From Octopus vulgaris (Eukaryota): 64,000 bases of DNA. Position 1 is the first letter of the stretch. Each line of letters begins with the position of its first letter. Location: the NCBI GenBank assembly GCA_951406725.2, contig OX597814.1:209932001-209996000 (forward strand). Reading direction: 5' to 3'. Position numbers and translations under genes: made by a program. The notes under the pieces are model-generated. The model was not told the DNA's origin. It saw nothing but the letters and a program-made list of their open reading frames with translations, and ran no database searches. Below, in pieces: positions 1 to 12,985 of the stretch.

Positions 1-1135
1 AGTTAGTATGATGCTTCTCTCTACAAACTTACCTGTAAACATCTGAATTTCCTATTCTCTTTACAATCAAAATACACCATCTAAAGCATTTTATTAAATT
101 ATTTGCTGAAATCTTCCTCTCCCAAAACTTAACTTGTTTTAGATTACCTAAACAGAACTATAGATATTACTGATAATTCAAGATGTACATTAACGTTGCC
201 CATTTATTCTTGTTTAAGATGACATGATGCAATTATATTTACTGAAACGTTCCGCAAACTTTATAAAAATCTCAACGTATACGCGTTATTCAAGAAAACT
301 ATATAAAATTTAACCACATTTTGTTGAAAGTTCTATATGTTATAAGATGATATAATGTCACGAAGGAGGTAAATAGCACTTTAGTCAGACTACCCCTGAG
401 TGTCTAATAATACCTTGGTTTAAAAAGGATAATCTCATTATGAAAATATAATATGGAATATTTTAATTTATTTCTAAAATTAACGTGCTATGAAGCAGTT
501 ATTAGATAAAAAGAAAATATGTTGAAAGAAAAAATATTAATATATATAAAGGACTTCAAAATAAAATTTACATTGAAGGATTTCAGGAAGATCCTCAACA
601 GTACGATGAAGAATATCAGGAGAAATGCTCACGAAATTCATTACCAGCATATTAAGATACCTTCACAGATTCTCAAAAGAGATAATGTCAAGTTGTCAAG
701 TTGTGCTTTCTTAATGTAATACAACGAATTTCTAATCTATAATTAGAAATCTCTATACATGGGAGAACTATCATCTCACCAATATGTATGTGAAGAGAAA
801 AAGTTATTTCAAAATATATCCAAGAATAACTGTTATGGAAATATAGCTTCCAGTTATAAATACAAGAAAACATGTTCAAAATTAAAACATTCAACGGACT
901 AATTTCAATATTCGGAACTATAATTATTCTCATATTCAGCATTAAACTCCCAGTGATAAAATGATTGTAAATGTTAGTGACTAATAACTATTTTACATAT
1001 ATAGAGTAAATAACTATACAAAGAATCATTACTATAGTACAATGTATAAAATTTAGAACTCACACTATAAACCAACCTGAGCAGAGTACTACTATATAGT
1101 TCTATATTTAAGACATGACGTATTATGTACACTAT

Positions 1136-1547
1136 GTACATTATTTACATTTGACGTATATTTGTCCTCATCTTGTTTGTTGTTAACACCATAGGCATAT
1201 GGCGTAGTGGTTAAGAGCGTGGGCTACTAACCCCAAGATGCGGAGTTCGATTCCAAGCAGTGACCTGAATAATAATAATAGTAATAGTAATAATAATGAT
1301 AATAACATTGAAAAATACCTTAGGAATGAGAACCTAGGTTAGAAATTTCCCCAAGACACCTGATGATGGCTGGAGGTATATCAGCCGAAACGACAAAGAC
1401 AAAACCAAAATTTACATATTGTTGATGGTATTTAATTACCTACAGGTGAATTTCTGTAAGTAAGGATTAGGTGTGATCACAGAGTAGTTCATAAACAAAA
1501 CAAGAAACAAGATGAGCAAAAATATCCGTCAAATGTAAATATTGTAC
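1136..1547 (+). mobile_element. Short non-autonomous element: tRNA-like head, (AAT)n, hammerhead core, bounded by 43-bp inverted repeats
   Basis: IR 1136-1178 vs 1505-1547 (39/43 identical by eye). A-box TGGCGTAGTGG 1200-1210, B-box GGAGTTCGATTCC 1242-1254. CTGATGA-t-GGCTG-loop-CAGCC-GAAAC at 1360-1391. Confidence 0.75.
1355..1392 (+). ncRNA. Hammerhead ribozyme core (type I, 3' side disrupted)
   Basis: GACAC-CUGAUGA-U-GGCUG/CAGCC stem II-GAAACG. Cleavage triplet and stem I 3' strand are replaced by an insertion. Confidence 0.65.
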
Positions 1548-1949
1548 TATTATGAACGTAAATTGTAGCCTAGCTGACTGCATACAAAGCTGTGGGTACT
1601 TGCACGAATACATGCAGACTCATACAAATATATAACTATATGTAAGAGAATAGGTACGATCAGACAGATCGATTTGAATCCTTACATTGGAATTCCATCA
1701 GAAACTAAATTACCTCTTGAACTACAAAAATATTGTCTATAAAACTACTCCTAATAAGTACATCAGTAAATTGTGTAGACTGATTTGCATGCAGTAACAC
1801 TCTTTGGCGGCTGTATCGATAAGTTGATGATACATATCAGATATGATAATCTGATAGCTATAGAATAAATTTATCTTAAAGCTATAGACTGTACTAAGGT
1901 AGACGAAAATAAGAATCAACTAATCAGCTTTAAATCTTTATTTTAGGTA

Positions 1950-2166
1950 CAGAATCGTTAGGATGCCGGGCGAAATGATTAGTGGTATTTCGTCTGCCGT
2001 TACGTTCTGAGTTCAAATTCCACCGAGGTCGACTTTATCTTTCATCCTTTCGGGATCGATTAAATAAGTACCAGTTACGCACTGGGTCGATGTAATCGAC
2101 TTAATCCCTTTATCTGTCCTTGTTTGTCCGCCCTATGTTTAGCCCCCTGTGGGCAATAAAGAAATA
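1950..2166 (+). mobile_element. SINE family A (tRNA-derived), 5'-truncated
   Basis: Matches in-window copies at 7768, 11593 and 29156. B-box GAGTTCAAATTCC and central CTTTCATCCTTTCGGG..CGAT.AAATAAGTACCAG. Confidence 0.9.
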
Positions 2167-3759
2167 AATTAGATAATCATCAGCGACGGAGTATTCTCTT
2201 CAGCTGCAAACCTCCCTTTAGCATTGTTTGATATATAATAGGTAAGGTACAGATGAAAGTTGCCTGTCTACGATAATAAATACTGCTGTATGAATATTAT
2301 GACAAAGACAAAATGAAAGAACAAAATGAAGCAAAATCCATTTACATATTGTTGATGGTATTTAATTACCTACAGTTGTGTAGGTTAAAATTCTAGGTGT
2401 ACTTCTGTAAGTAAGGTTTAGGTGTGCTCACATAGTAGTTCATAAACAAAACGTGATAGGGCGAAACCCCAGACGATTGCTTAAACTTACAACAAACTAT
2501 TCATTTAGGAGAATGGAAATCAAATTTTTTATATTACTCAGTAACCCTAAATATCGCTGTAGCACTCGTGTATAGCCTACAGTTTTCTCTGCGTATTTAA
2601 AAGTTTTTGTGCAAAAATACGTTTTATATAAAAAATATTTGGCCCCAAACTAGTATTCATTTAGGTTTGAAAACGTTTTGCTCATTGTCGTCTTGGTAAC
2701 AAGATACACGAGGTCCCAACAATAAAGTAATCTTCGCATATGTTGGAAGGCATTTACATCTCACTTACAAAATATACCAAAGCATCTCCACTTTATCCAA
2801 TACAGAGCTCTGTATGTCACTCCGAACGTTCTATTAACTTCATCCCCAGGCATAGGGGAACGGTTAAGCGAATCGCTTTGCTACATCGCTGTCCGGGCTC
2901 AATCTCACTCTGCTACAATTGCAACATATATTCGAGACAATTCAAATTTTGTTTGTGTAATTTTCCTGGTGGAAATGCCTTGCATTGAATATATTTGTAA
3001 TTCAAAGATATCAGTTTTAATGTATGCATCGTGACAAGTTTGAGGATACATTACCTAATACGTTAATAGCAGATGTGTGTATGGAGATATCAACCGCATA
3101 CCATCTAAATAGGTAGCTCCGAACAGCAGGTATACTAGTCGGAGAAATGGGCAGAGATCCGTTCTTTTATTTGCTTAATAAATATAACATATCTATTCTA
3201 TGTCTTTTGTCTATTTATTCTAACACCGTTAAAGCTGTTTATATTACACTGTCTATTTACATTTGATGTCTTCATACGAAACTTTGTAGCCAAAATCAGT
3301 GCGGGCTTTAAGTTCTATAGAATATTTGTAGAAATAACCTTAACAAAATTGTTAAATGTATTGCTTAATGAACTGGAATATGTCCCCCTACTTATCTATT
3401 CAATGTTACACCAGTGAACTTGTACTAAACATTTTCACTGTTTTTCCCAGCTTGTAGTGCTTGGTTTACATAGTAGCTAAAAGGGATATGATCACAATAA
3501 ATGATATTGAATCTGCATTCACAATCTTCACTCTAAAATTCAGAGTGAAGTGTTTAGAGTTTAAACCCTCGCTTGTGATAGAAGAAGAAAGGTAGGCCTT
3601 TGATTGAACAAAAATATAAGTGTCCAAAGAGACTGAATGGCCTGTCAAAAAGTGGTGTGATTACAACTGCCTATAAAATATCGTTAACAAAAGATTAATT
3701 AAGGAAGGAAGCAAAAACATTCTTTCCCCGACTCTCTCTCATCTCTCTCTCTTTCTCTG

Positions 3760-3762
<3 letters not shown>

Positions 3763-3817
<55 letters not shown>

Positions 3818-4170
3818 GAGAGAGAGAGAGAGAGAGGGAGGGAGAGAGTGGGGAGAGAAAAGTATATAGAAAATGTACAGGAATTGGTCTACACTTTTTA
3901 TTCTTAAATTTTTAAGAAATCTAATCGAATCCTAGTGCATTTTATGTATGTGTTTGTTGTATGTATATGTATATGTATGTATGTATGTATATATATATAT
4001 ACATCCATATATAATTCATATATATATGCATACACATACACACACACATAATATATATTACATATGTATAAAACATACATACATACCTGCATACATACAT
4101 ATATACATACATACATACATACATACATACATACATACATACATACATACATACATACATACATACATAC
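3763..4170. repeat. Compound microsatellites (TA)n, (GA)n, (CATA)n
   Basis: Directly visible tandem repeats. Confidence 0.95.
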
Positions 4171-4874
4171 GTACATATTACTTTCCTGCCAGCAAAATCG
4201 AAAGTTTTGAGGTGTGCACAATAGCGTGAAACCGCAGATAATTCATATCTCTGATAAATGTTTGCAGAATACTACGAAGTGCATAAAAATATATACAACG
4301 TTTACTGGAGTAGAAGCGTTAACTATATACATATTTCTCAAAATAATCAGAAATATATAGCCACGCAGAATCCAATAAGGTGTTCTATAAACAAGATTGA
4401 AAGCAATATAGTCAGTATACATAACGTAAAATCAAATTATATCGCTCAAAACTTTTGTTTGTGCAACGTTTTAGTGGTGTCTGCTTAAGGATACATTACC
4501 GTTATATTTGGAGAAATGTTTTTTATTGAAAGATCTGAGTACGATTAAAGTTTAGTTGACGCACTCTGTAAAAGTTTTCAGCGCACAAATAGAAGTTATT
4601 TGACTTCTGTAAAGTCTGTACCTATTCCTTATGTCTCGCGGTTTTCGATATTACTGTTGAACTATGTGTATAAAAAGCAAGTTTGAATTTCAATCTATAT
4701 TATTTGTTTTCGCTCGACTGATCTAGGTTATGCTTGTCTTCTCTAAATGCATTCGATTCCCATAAGTACAGATATGTCGCAGTCAAACAGTTGATTGATG
4801 CACACTTCCTACATTGACAAGCACACATACACACCGATGCACTCGCACGTGCGCACACACACACATATGTACAA

Positions 4875-5268
4875 TCTCTCTCTATATAAAGCTGAAGTTG
4901 TCTGTTTGTGACAGGTTTGGTAGCCTTCAACTAACACTATCTCCTCCGAGTCCCTGCTGCGCAAGTCGACCAAAATTGAGAGTATGATAGAAGAAGGCTT
5001 GCTCTTCCTTTCGTAGAAGAGAAAATTTAAATCGGATAATGTTAACACCAAAAATTATTTACATCAAAAACGTGCTTTTTTTTTCTATGAAAATCCCTAC
5101 CTTTTACGATTTTTTGACTGCTGTGTCGCCATTTTTCGGTGTATTTTAACCAAAAAATGTTCACTTAAAGAGAATAGCAAGCTACATAATGCAAAACTTT
5201 TACTTTTCAAAAAAATCCAATTCTAAAGGGTCGAAACAAACCCGAGCAACGCCGGGCGATACTACTAG
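4875..5268 (+). mobile_element. Non-autonomous Helitron
   Basis: A|TC 5' terminus, subterminal hairpin CCCGAGCAACGCCGGG (5241-5256), CTAG|T 3' terminus. Homologous copy at 26971-27358. Confidence 0.85.
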
Positions 5269-5276
5269 TCTTGGTA

Positions 5277-5463
5277 AAGGCGTAGAGGTGGTTGATTCGG
5301 TAACATGTCGGACAAAATACTTACAGCATTTCTTCTGGGTCTTTACGTTCTTAGTTCAAATGCAGCCGAGGTCAACTAGGCTTTCATTCTTTGATTGCCG
5401 ATAAAATAAAGCACCAGTCATGCACTAGAGTAGATTTAAGCGTATTGTTCTCCCCATTCAAAA
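5277..5463 (+). mobile_element. SINE family A, old diverged copy
   Basis: Colinear but degenerate match to family A (TTACGTTCTTAGTTCAAAT..GCCGAGGTCAACT..GCTTTCAT). Confidence 0.7.
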
Positions 5464-7636
5464 GGTGCTGCATAAGTGGTCACGCAAGGTCACTTATACC
5501 TTATGAAAACCGTGTAATCGACCCGATGTGTCTTTGAGCTAAATAAAGTATATAATAGTGCTTGTTTTTATTCAGTTAGTTTATAAAACATTATATTAAT
5601 TTAAAATCTAACAAATCCCTTCAGTACGGAGTACATTGCTAATTTTTTTCCACGCAGAAATCGATGTGATTCAATTCTCTGGAGATTCAATACACTTGCC
5701 TGGCTTTCAAGTTTACTGTTGCTGGTTTATAGAAGTACTTAAATGTACCTTCTTTTTATTTGTGCTCCCCATTTGACAAAAGATTTGGGCTGCGTATTGA
5801 GACTGCATCTACTTTCGAATAATGCAGCTGTGTCTCGTGAAAATGTGATTTGTTTAAAGATATTTACTTTGTAATATATTTTACGCGGTGACTTTAGAAT
5901 CGTATGCAGACATACACGCGCTTATACACGCATACGCACATACACATACGCAGACAAGGACACAAATACTCAAATACACACATCCATACCTATGCATGCA
6001 TATAATATACATTAAGTAAAATAAATAAAATGAGTGCAGTCGCAACCAGTTTTGTTTTCTAAATTAGGGGATGTTAAACTCTACTACCTTCTATTTACTT
6101 ATCTTCTTGTACAAAGAGACTGTCAGAAACGTTGGAGTTTCTATGCCTCACAGCAAGTTCACGGTACTCTTCTTATTGTGTTTACTACATAAGTCTTAAG
6201 GTCGAAGACCTACACCAGCTTCTTTCGCTTTTGTTTTATCGAATATGTACGTGTGTTTGTGTGTGTGTGTGTGTGTGTTATTTCAAGTAAACAAGATAAC
6301 ATACCTCGGTCGAAAGTATTGTTCACTCGATCACCTAAACGATGCTATTTCCCAGCTGATTGAGAAGGAAAAATACCGCAAATATTTTGTTTTTCTCACT
6401 TCTCAGTACTTACTCAGTACTTTTATGTCTCTGCTTCACAAGTGATATAGACAGACAGACAGAAAGAAAGAAAAATAAATAAAGTGAGAGGGACATTAAT
6501 AGATAGATAGAGAGATTGACAGATAGATACTCCGTCGCAATTACAAATGTTAGTCCTCCTGTTACTCTTTCTATATATAACGCTAACAATTGCGTTCATT
6601 TTATAAATTTATTCTATGACGTATCCTAGTAAATTTTCTTCTTTATATCGCGTCTAAATATATTTCTCGACATTTTCTTCATCTGAATGCTCCTTCCATA
6701 CACACAAAAGCTTACCTCTCTCTGTGTATTTCCAAATATCTCTTTCTCTGTTACCGTTCAAATTCTACTAGTAATTCTCTATTTTATCATTTACCATTCC
6801 TTGTAATTCATCACAGTTTTCTATCGTTCGTTAATGCAATTCTATTTGGTAGTGGTGATTGAAAGCGTTTTTGTCAGTCACCTTAGTGATCTTTTGATAC
6901 TTCTTTTAGCCATTATTCGACAAACAGTACGTGACTGAAGTATGAACTAGCGTAATTAACGTGTCCTTTTCAAGAGACCTGGGTAATGAATTGTAACAAT
7001 GACAGGAAGGTTTACAAGCGAACGAGCGTAGAAGTCCAGAGAACAGAGAACCTAGAACGCCACCGCATTGTAAATAACAATAGAGTGTGGAGGAGAAAAG
7101 AGAGAAAGAATCGTTGGTAATTAATGACAGGTTACAATTGTGATGTTGTTTATAGACAATGATTCTTGCAATGCTACCACCAGTACTCTTGTTCGAAGTG
7201 TATAAATTAAATCGATCAAATATCCTAATAAAAGCGCAATTAATCTAACGTGCTGCTTTTACTTTCCCTTAGGTGAGATTTTCTTCCTTTGATGCAACAT
7301 GGCTCTTAAAACAAGAAGGAAGAAATTAATCAAACAATGATCGTTTTTTTTTTTTACGTTTATAGTTAGCTTTCTTTTATTAGTATAACATATTTATATG
7401 CATATTTGTATGTGTGTGCGTGTATATGTATATTTATAACTATTTTATCTTAAAATAATAATTTATTAAAATGTAATCTAGAAGAGAATATCCATTTTTG
7501 TTCAAATATTCATTCGTTTATTATATGTGTATGTGTGCGTGCGTCTGGTTATGTGTATATCTATTGTGTATATGTTTGTCTATATATATGTTTATATATA
7601 AATAATAATATACATATATATGTTTATATATAGATA

Positions 7637-8004
<368 letters not shown>

Positions 8005-8027
8005 ATATATATATATATATATACATA

Positions 8028-8061
<34 letters not shown>

Positions 8062-8231
8062 GAAATAGAAAGATGAATAATCTTGTAGTAGATCAAAAGT
8101 TTAATCAAAAGTTTAAGAGTAGCAAAAATCACAGATAAAACAGCACGGTTGGAGGTACAACCATATGGTGTTGCAACCGTGCGTTGGTGCGGATAGATAG
8201 ATAGAAGTGAACGCAGATTGAACAGAAATCG

Positions 8232-8285
8232 TTTATTTCATTCTACAGTTCGAAACACGTGTTTCGACACGTAGAATGAAATAAA
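8232..8285. repeat. 54-bp imperfect palindrome
   Basis: Arms TTTATTTCATTCTAC (8232-8246)/GTAGAATGAAATAAA (8271-8285) around perfect TCGAAACACGTGTTTCGA (8250-8267). Confidence 0.9.
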
Positions 8286-8322
8286 ATACATACTATATAT
8301 ATATATATATATTAATATATAT

Positions 8323-8360
<38 letters not shown>

Positions 8361-8370
8361 GATAGATAGA

Positions 8371-8406
<36 letters not shown>

Positions 8407-8834
8407 TACATATATTTATGTATATATCCATGTATATATAAATATATTCCTATAATTAGTAAGAAATTCTAGGGAGGGCTGAACAATGTAAGGTATTCAG
8501 TAAAGAGGCCCCCTTTCCCTCATGCTCGTCTGTCATTAAAAATTCTAAAGGATTCGGGTCTCATCTAATGCCACATTCTTTTATATTCTCTGCATTGGAT
8601 GGTTAAGGTGCCCCTCAGCCAATGTTCTTTGGGTGTTGTAAACAATTCATTATGAGATTCCAGTTGACAGTAAGGTAAATTATGACTTTTGAAATTCCTT
8701 TCCATATGTTCTTGACCAGATCCAATTGAAAATATTCTCAATAGCTTCTGGCATTGATTTAAGGACTTTGGCTTTCATTCTTTCAGAAATTGAGAGCCGT
8801 TTCATGAAGGCAGATTATCTTATAAACTGTTTGA

Positions 8835-11535
8835 CACCCACGTCGGTGGTCAGGACGTGGATTTACAATCTCATAGATTATATTCTGATCAGAAAACGTG
8901 ATATGAAAGACGTTTCTAGTGTTCTGCCTATGAGAGGGGTAGAGAGCTGGACTGACCATCATCTAGTCAGTGGAAAAATAGATTTTTCGATATGCCTAAA
9001 AATCGACAGTCTAGTCCAAAAAGTTAAATGTTGCAAACTTTAAATTATGAAGCAACTGGCAAAGATTCCACGATGCTATAGAAAGTATCAATCTTGACCC
9101 AAACAATCTATGGGAATATTTCAAAGCAAAAGTATTTCAGGCTGCAAGTTCGTCAGAGGGATTTAAATCACACAAGTCCAGTGACTGGTTCTTAGATCAG
9201 CAGAAGTTCATGATCTACTTTTAGAAAAACGAAACGTAGGCAATACACTTCTTTCTCAGTGCTTGAACCCCAACTCAAACGAAGCTTACAGAAAGCTGAA
9301 AAGGAAAGTGCAGACTGCTCTAGGGAAAATTAAACAAGAATTGTGGAATGATAGAGCAAAATAGGCACAAGAAGCAGCTGATAGAAATGATGCCAAGGGC
9401 TTGTACTCTTATATTAAGGAGATATGTGGCCCCAAATCTTCTTCAATAGCTCCAGTGAGAACAGCAAATTGACGTTTGCTTCTGACTGACACGCTTCTAT
9501 TCAGAAGCTCTGGATAGGACATTTTTCTGCACTTTTGAATAGACCATCATCCGCTGAAATGAGGACGGTAGAAAAAATCGAACACATTCCAGTTATAGAA
9601 TAGATGGAATTTGAACCAACTCTAAATGACATTTATTTGACTGAGAATAAGCTGAATAACAATAAGTCTCTAGTGTCTAATGGAAGATGTGCAGAAGTCT
9701 TGAAATATGGGGGTGACAACATTTTAAAACACTTAAATATATTAATATGTCACTGTTGGAGAACTAAGAAAGTGTCTCTAGACTGGATTGATGCCATTTT
9801 AGTCTCCTTGTAAATTGAGGCCAAAGGATCTGTGTGGTAGTTTACGTGGGATTTCACTTTTGTTTGTGGTTGCAAAGGTAATTGTCCGCATTTTGTTAGA
9901 ACGTTTAAATACTTTTATAGTTCCAAATATAGTATCTGAGTCTCAGTGTGATTGTCATTCCTCCAGCGGCACAGCTGATTGTATCTTTACTGTCAGACAA
10001 TTACAAGAAAAGTGCATTGAATAGAATCCTGCTCTATACCATTGACTTAGTGATTTGAGCAAAGCATTTGATACTGTTACTCGAAAAGCACTGTGGCTAC
10101 TTCTAAGGCAAATAGGTTGCTTAGAAAAATTTTTAAACATGATCATGGCTTTGCATCAAGACATGAAAACTAGAGTTAACTTTGGTGGTAGGCTCTCTAA
10201 ATCGTTTGCCGTGGATAATGGAGTAAAGCAAGGAGACCTTGATGCACCAACCCTCTTTGCAATATACTTTGCTGTTGCGTTGTTACATGCTTTTCAAAAC
10301 TCCGAGGAGGGTATTTACATAAAATATCGAACAACAGGGCAAGTTTTTAATCTGACCAGACTGAAATTCAAAACGAAGGTTTTTACTTCACTCATTAGGG
10401 AACTTTTGTACGCTTACGATTGCGATCTTGTCAGTCATTCTGAAACAGGTCTGCAATCTCTTGCATCAGCATTTAACTCGGCTTGTGATGGTTTTGGCTT
10501 GACCATCAACTTGAAAAAACAAAGACCTGCGTGTAGTGCTGTTTGTAACACCACTAAAATTTTTGTTAAGAGTAAGTTACTTGAGGTTATCGATTCGTTC
10601 ATCTACCTTGGAAGCTGTATTCCAAATGATGGAAATCTTGATACAGAAACACATCTGCGAATTCAAAGGGCAGCAAAAGCATGTGGTAGCTTGGAGTCAC
10701 GCGTTTGGTCCCTGTGACATATAAATAAGAATACAAATCATTTACCTTACCACCCCTTTGTATTCATGTGAAACATGGATTTGTTATGAAGGACATTTTA
10801 AATTGTTAGAACAATTCCACCAAAAATGCGTTCATCGAATTAAAAAAATTAAATGGAGTTCTTTTACTCCAAACACAGAGGTCCTTGCATCTGCAGGCAT
10901 CACCTGAATTAAAGCTATGATTTTGAGGGATAAATATTGTTCAAATAGCAGTTGAACACATGCCGAAACAGCTGTTTTATGGTGATTTGCAGAGGGGAAA
11001 CGCTATCGGCGTAAACTTTAGAAAAATGTTTAATGACGGCATAAGGACTACTATGAAGTCACGTGGAATGGATCCAGATGACATAGAAACCCCTGCTTCG
11101 GATCGAGTTAGATGGCGGACAAAAGTGTGGAATTTGAGTGAATCCATCTGAAGAGGCAATTATAACGCGTGTAAGACTCAGAGATCTAAGGAAGAATGTA
11201 ACGACCGAGAAGGTGAATGACAATGATCTTTTTGTGTGCACAGTCTGTGACGGACCATGCCTTCTTTTGCTGGGTTCAAATCTTATCTGCGAACCCATGG
11301 AAAACGAACCTCTACCAAATATTCTGCCTATATGTCTGTGAACAAATGAAAGCAGTGTATGCCAGAAGTTTGCATAAATTTAACAGAGGCCTCTAAAGAC
11401 ATTTTAAGATTCACAAAGATCAGAAATTATCTGAAGCTCTTGGTGGTCCAAATCGGATGTGGAATCTATGTGGGTGTCTTTTTAGGACATTGTCTGGCTT
11501 ACAAATCCACATCAAATGTGTAGGTACAGGATGTC
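8835..11535 (+). mobile_element. RTE-clade LINE, 5'-truncated and decayed (APE C-terminus, RT, C-terminal zinc fingers)
   Basis: APE motifs IDYILIRKRD..MRGVESWTDHHLV. RT motifs LRGISLL, ESQCD, DCIFTVRQLQEKCIE, SKAFDTV, GVKQG..APTLF, LLYAYD (decayed YADD), FIYLGS, PKQLFYGDL. Multiple stops and frameshifts. Confidence 0.93.
10055..10717 (+). pseudogene. Reverse transcriptase fragment of the RTE LINE
   Basis: 220-aa ORF carrying the core RT motifs. Catalytic YADD reads YAYD. Confidence 0.9.
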
Positions 11536-11546
11536 AAACTTGCATG

Positions 11547-11585
<39 letters not shown>

Positions 11586-11592
11586 TATATAT

Positions 11593-11817
11593 AAGGCAGC
11601 GAGCTGGCAGAAGCGTTAGTGCGCCGGGCGAAATGCTTAGCGGTATTTCGTCTGTCGTTGCGTTCTGAGTTCAAATTCCGCCGAGGTCGACTTTGCCTTT
11701 CATCCTTTCGGGGTCGATAAATTAAGTACCAGTTACGCACTGGGGTCGATGTAATCGATATCCGTTTGTCTGTCCTTGTTTGTCCCCTCTATGTTTAGCC
11801 CCTTGTGGGTAGTAAAG

Positions 11818-11821
<4 letters not shown>
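11593..11821 (+). mobile_element. SINE family A, full length
   Basis: Near-identical to 7768-8004, embedded in (TA)n. Confidence 0.92.
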
Positions 11822-11849
<28 letters not shown>

Positions 11850-11850
<1 letters not shown>

Positions 11851-12010
11851 ACGGGTTTCTTTCAGGTTCATTCTACCAAATGCACTCACAAGACTTTGGT
11901 CGGCCCGAGGCTATAGCTGAAGTCACTTGCTCAAGGTATTACGCAGTAAGACTGAACTCGGAACCATGTGGTTTGGAACACGCTTCGTACCACATTGCCA
12001 CTCCTGCGCC
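11850..12010 (-). mobile_element. SINE family B, 5' half
   Basis: Reverse complement begins GGCGCAGGAGTGGC. Matches the head of 14992-15403. Confidence 0.85.
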
Positions 12011-12011
12011 T

Positions 12012-12250
12012 ATGCATGTATGTATGTATGTATGTATGTATGTATGCATGTATGTATGTATGCATGTATGTATGTATGTATGCATGTATGTATGTATTTA
12101 CGTATGTATGCATGTATGCATTTATCTATGTATGTATGTATGTATGAATGTATGTATGTATGTATGTATGTATGTATGTATGTATGTATGCATGCATGTA
12201 TGTATGTATGTATGTATGTATGTATGTATGTATGTATGTATGTATGTATG

Positions 12251-12280
<30 letters not shown>
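12012..12280. repeat. (TATG)n/(TATC)n microsatellite
   Basis: Directly visible. Confidence 0.95.
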
Positions 12281-12281
<1 letters not shown>

Positions 12282-12831
12282 GTGTGTATGTGTGTGTATT
12301 TATGTATGTGTGTATATATATATTTATTTTTTTCTTTGAGTTTACTTTCTTCTTGAGAGAGTTCGAACTGGTTGCTAATAAAGCAACAATACTTTTTGAG
12401 TTAAGAGAGCTCCCCGTGTTTGTAAATATGTGGTTGAGTTGGTGTGTTGATTGAACTATCTATACCTACACCCAAGTGTGTTTATCTATTTAATAATAAT
12501 CTCACCTGGAGAATTTCTGGAATGTTACTCTACCCCTAATAGATTGGATTTGGATGATCTGCGTCAATTTATTTTGCTCTTTTTCTGAAAGACCAGGTGT
12601 TTCTAGATTTTATGCGCAAATTTGTTGGTACATAGCTTAATGCACCTAAAATGAAGCGTGCGACTGAGAATAGTCGGGGTACAAGCGCTGTATGTTCCGC
12701 ATTAATTCAGCAGAAATGTTCACTATTTACTGGACATTTGATAGCATATTCACATCTGCTGGGCAACTGAACTCTACAACAGTGCGTAACTGCTGTTCCC
12801 TGCCGTATAGAACAATATGTATGTGTTTATG

Positions 12832-12891
<60 letters not shown>

Positions 12892-12985
12892 ATCCAAACA
12901 AGAAAACACAAACAAACGCAGCAACGCGAGGACGTGGAACAAATAAAGTATTATTGGACGCTCAGGAAAGAAGGGAAGAAGGAGG

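Noticed and set aside
1194-1265. tRNA gene (Ser-like, ACT anticodon)
   Set aside because: A/B boxes and an anticodon-like arm are present, but there is no acceptor stem and it is embedded in a repeat. It is a SINE-type head, not a functional tRNA.
3904-4229. ORFs rich in YI, MYVC or HT (here and dozens elsewhere)
   Set aside because: Translations of (TA)n, (TATG)n and (CA)n microsatellites.
6992-7079. TGTAAC...AACA segment resembling a solo LTR
   Set aside because: Too short, no TSD and no second copy.
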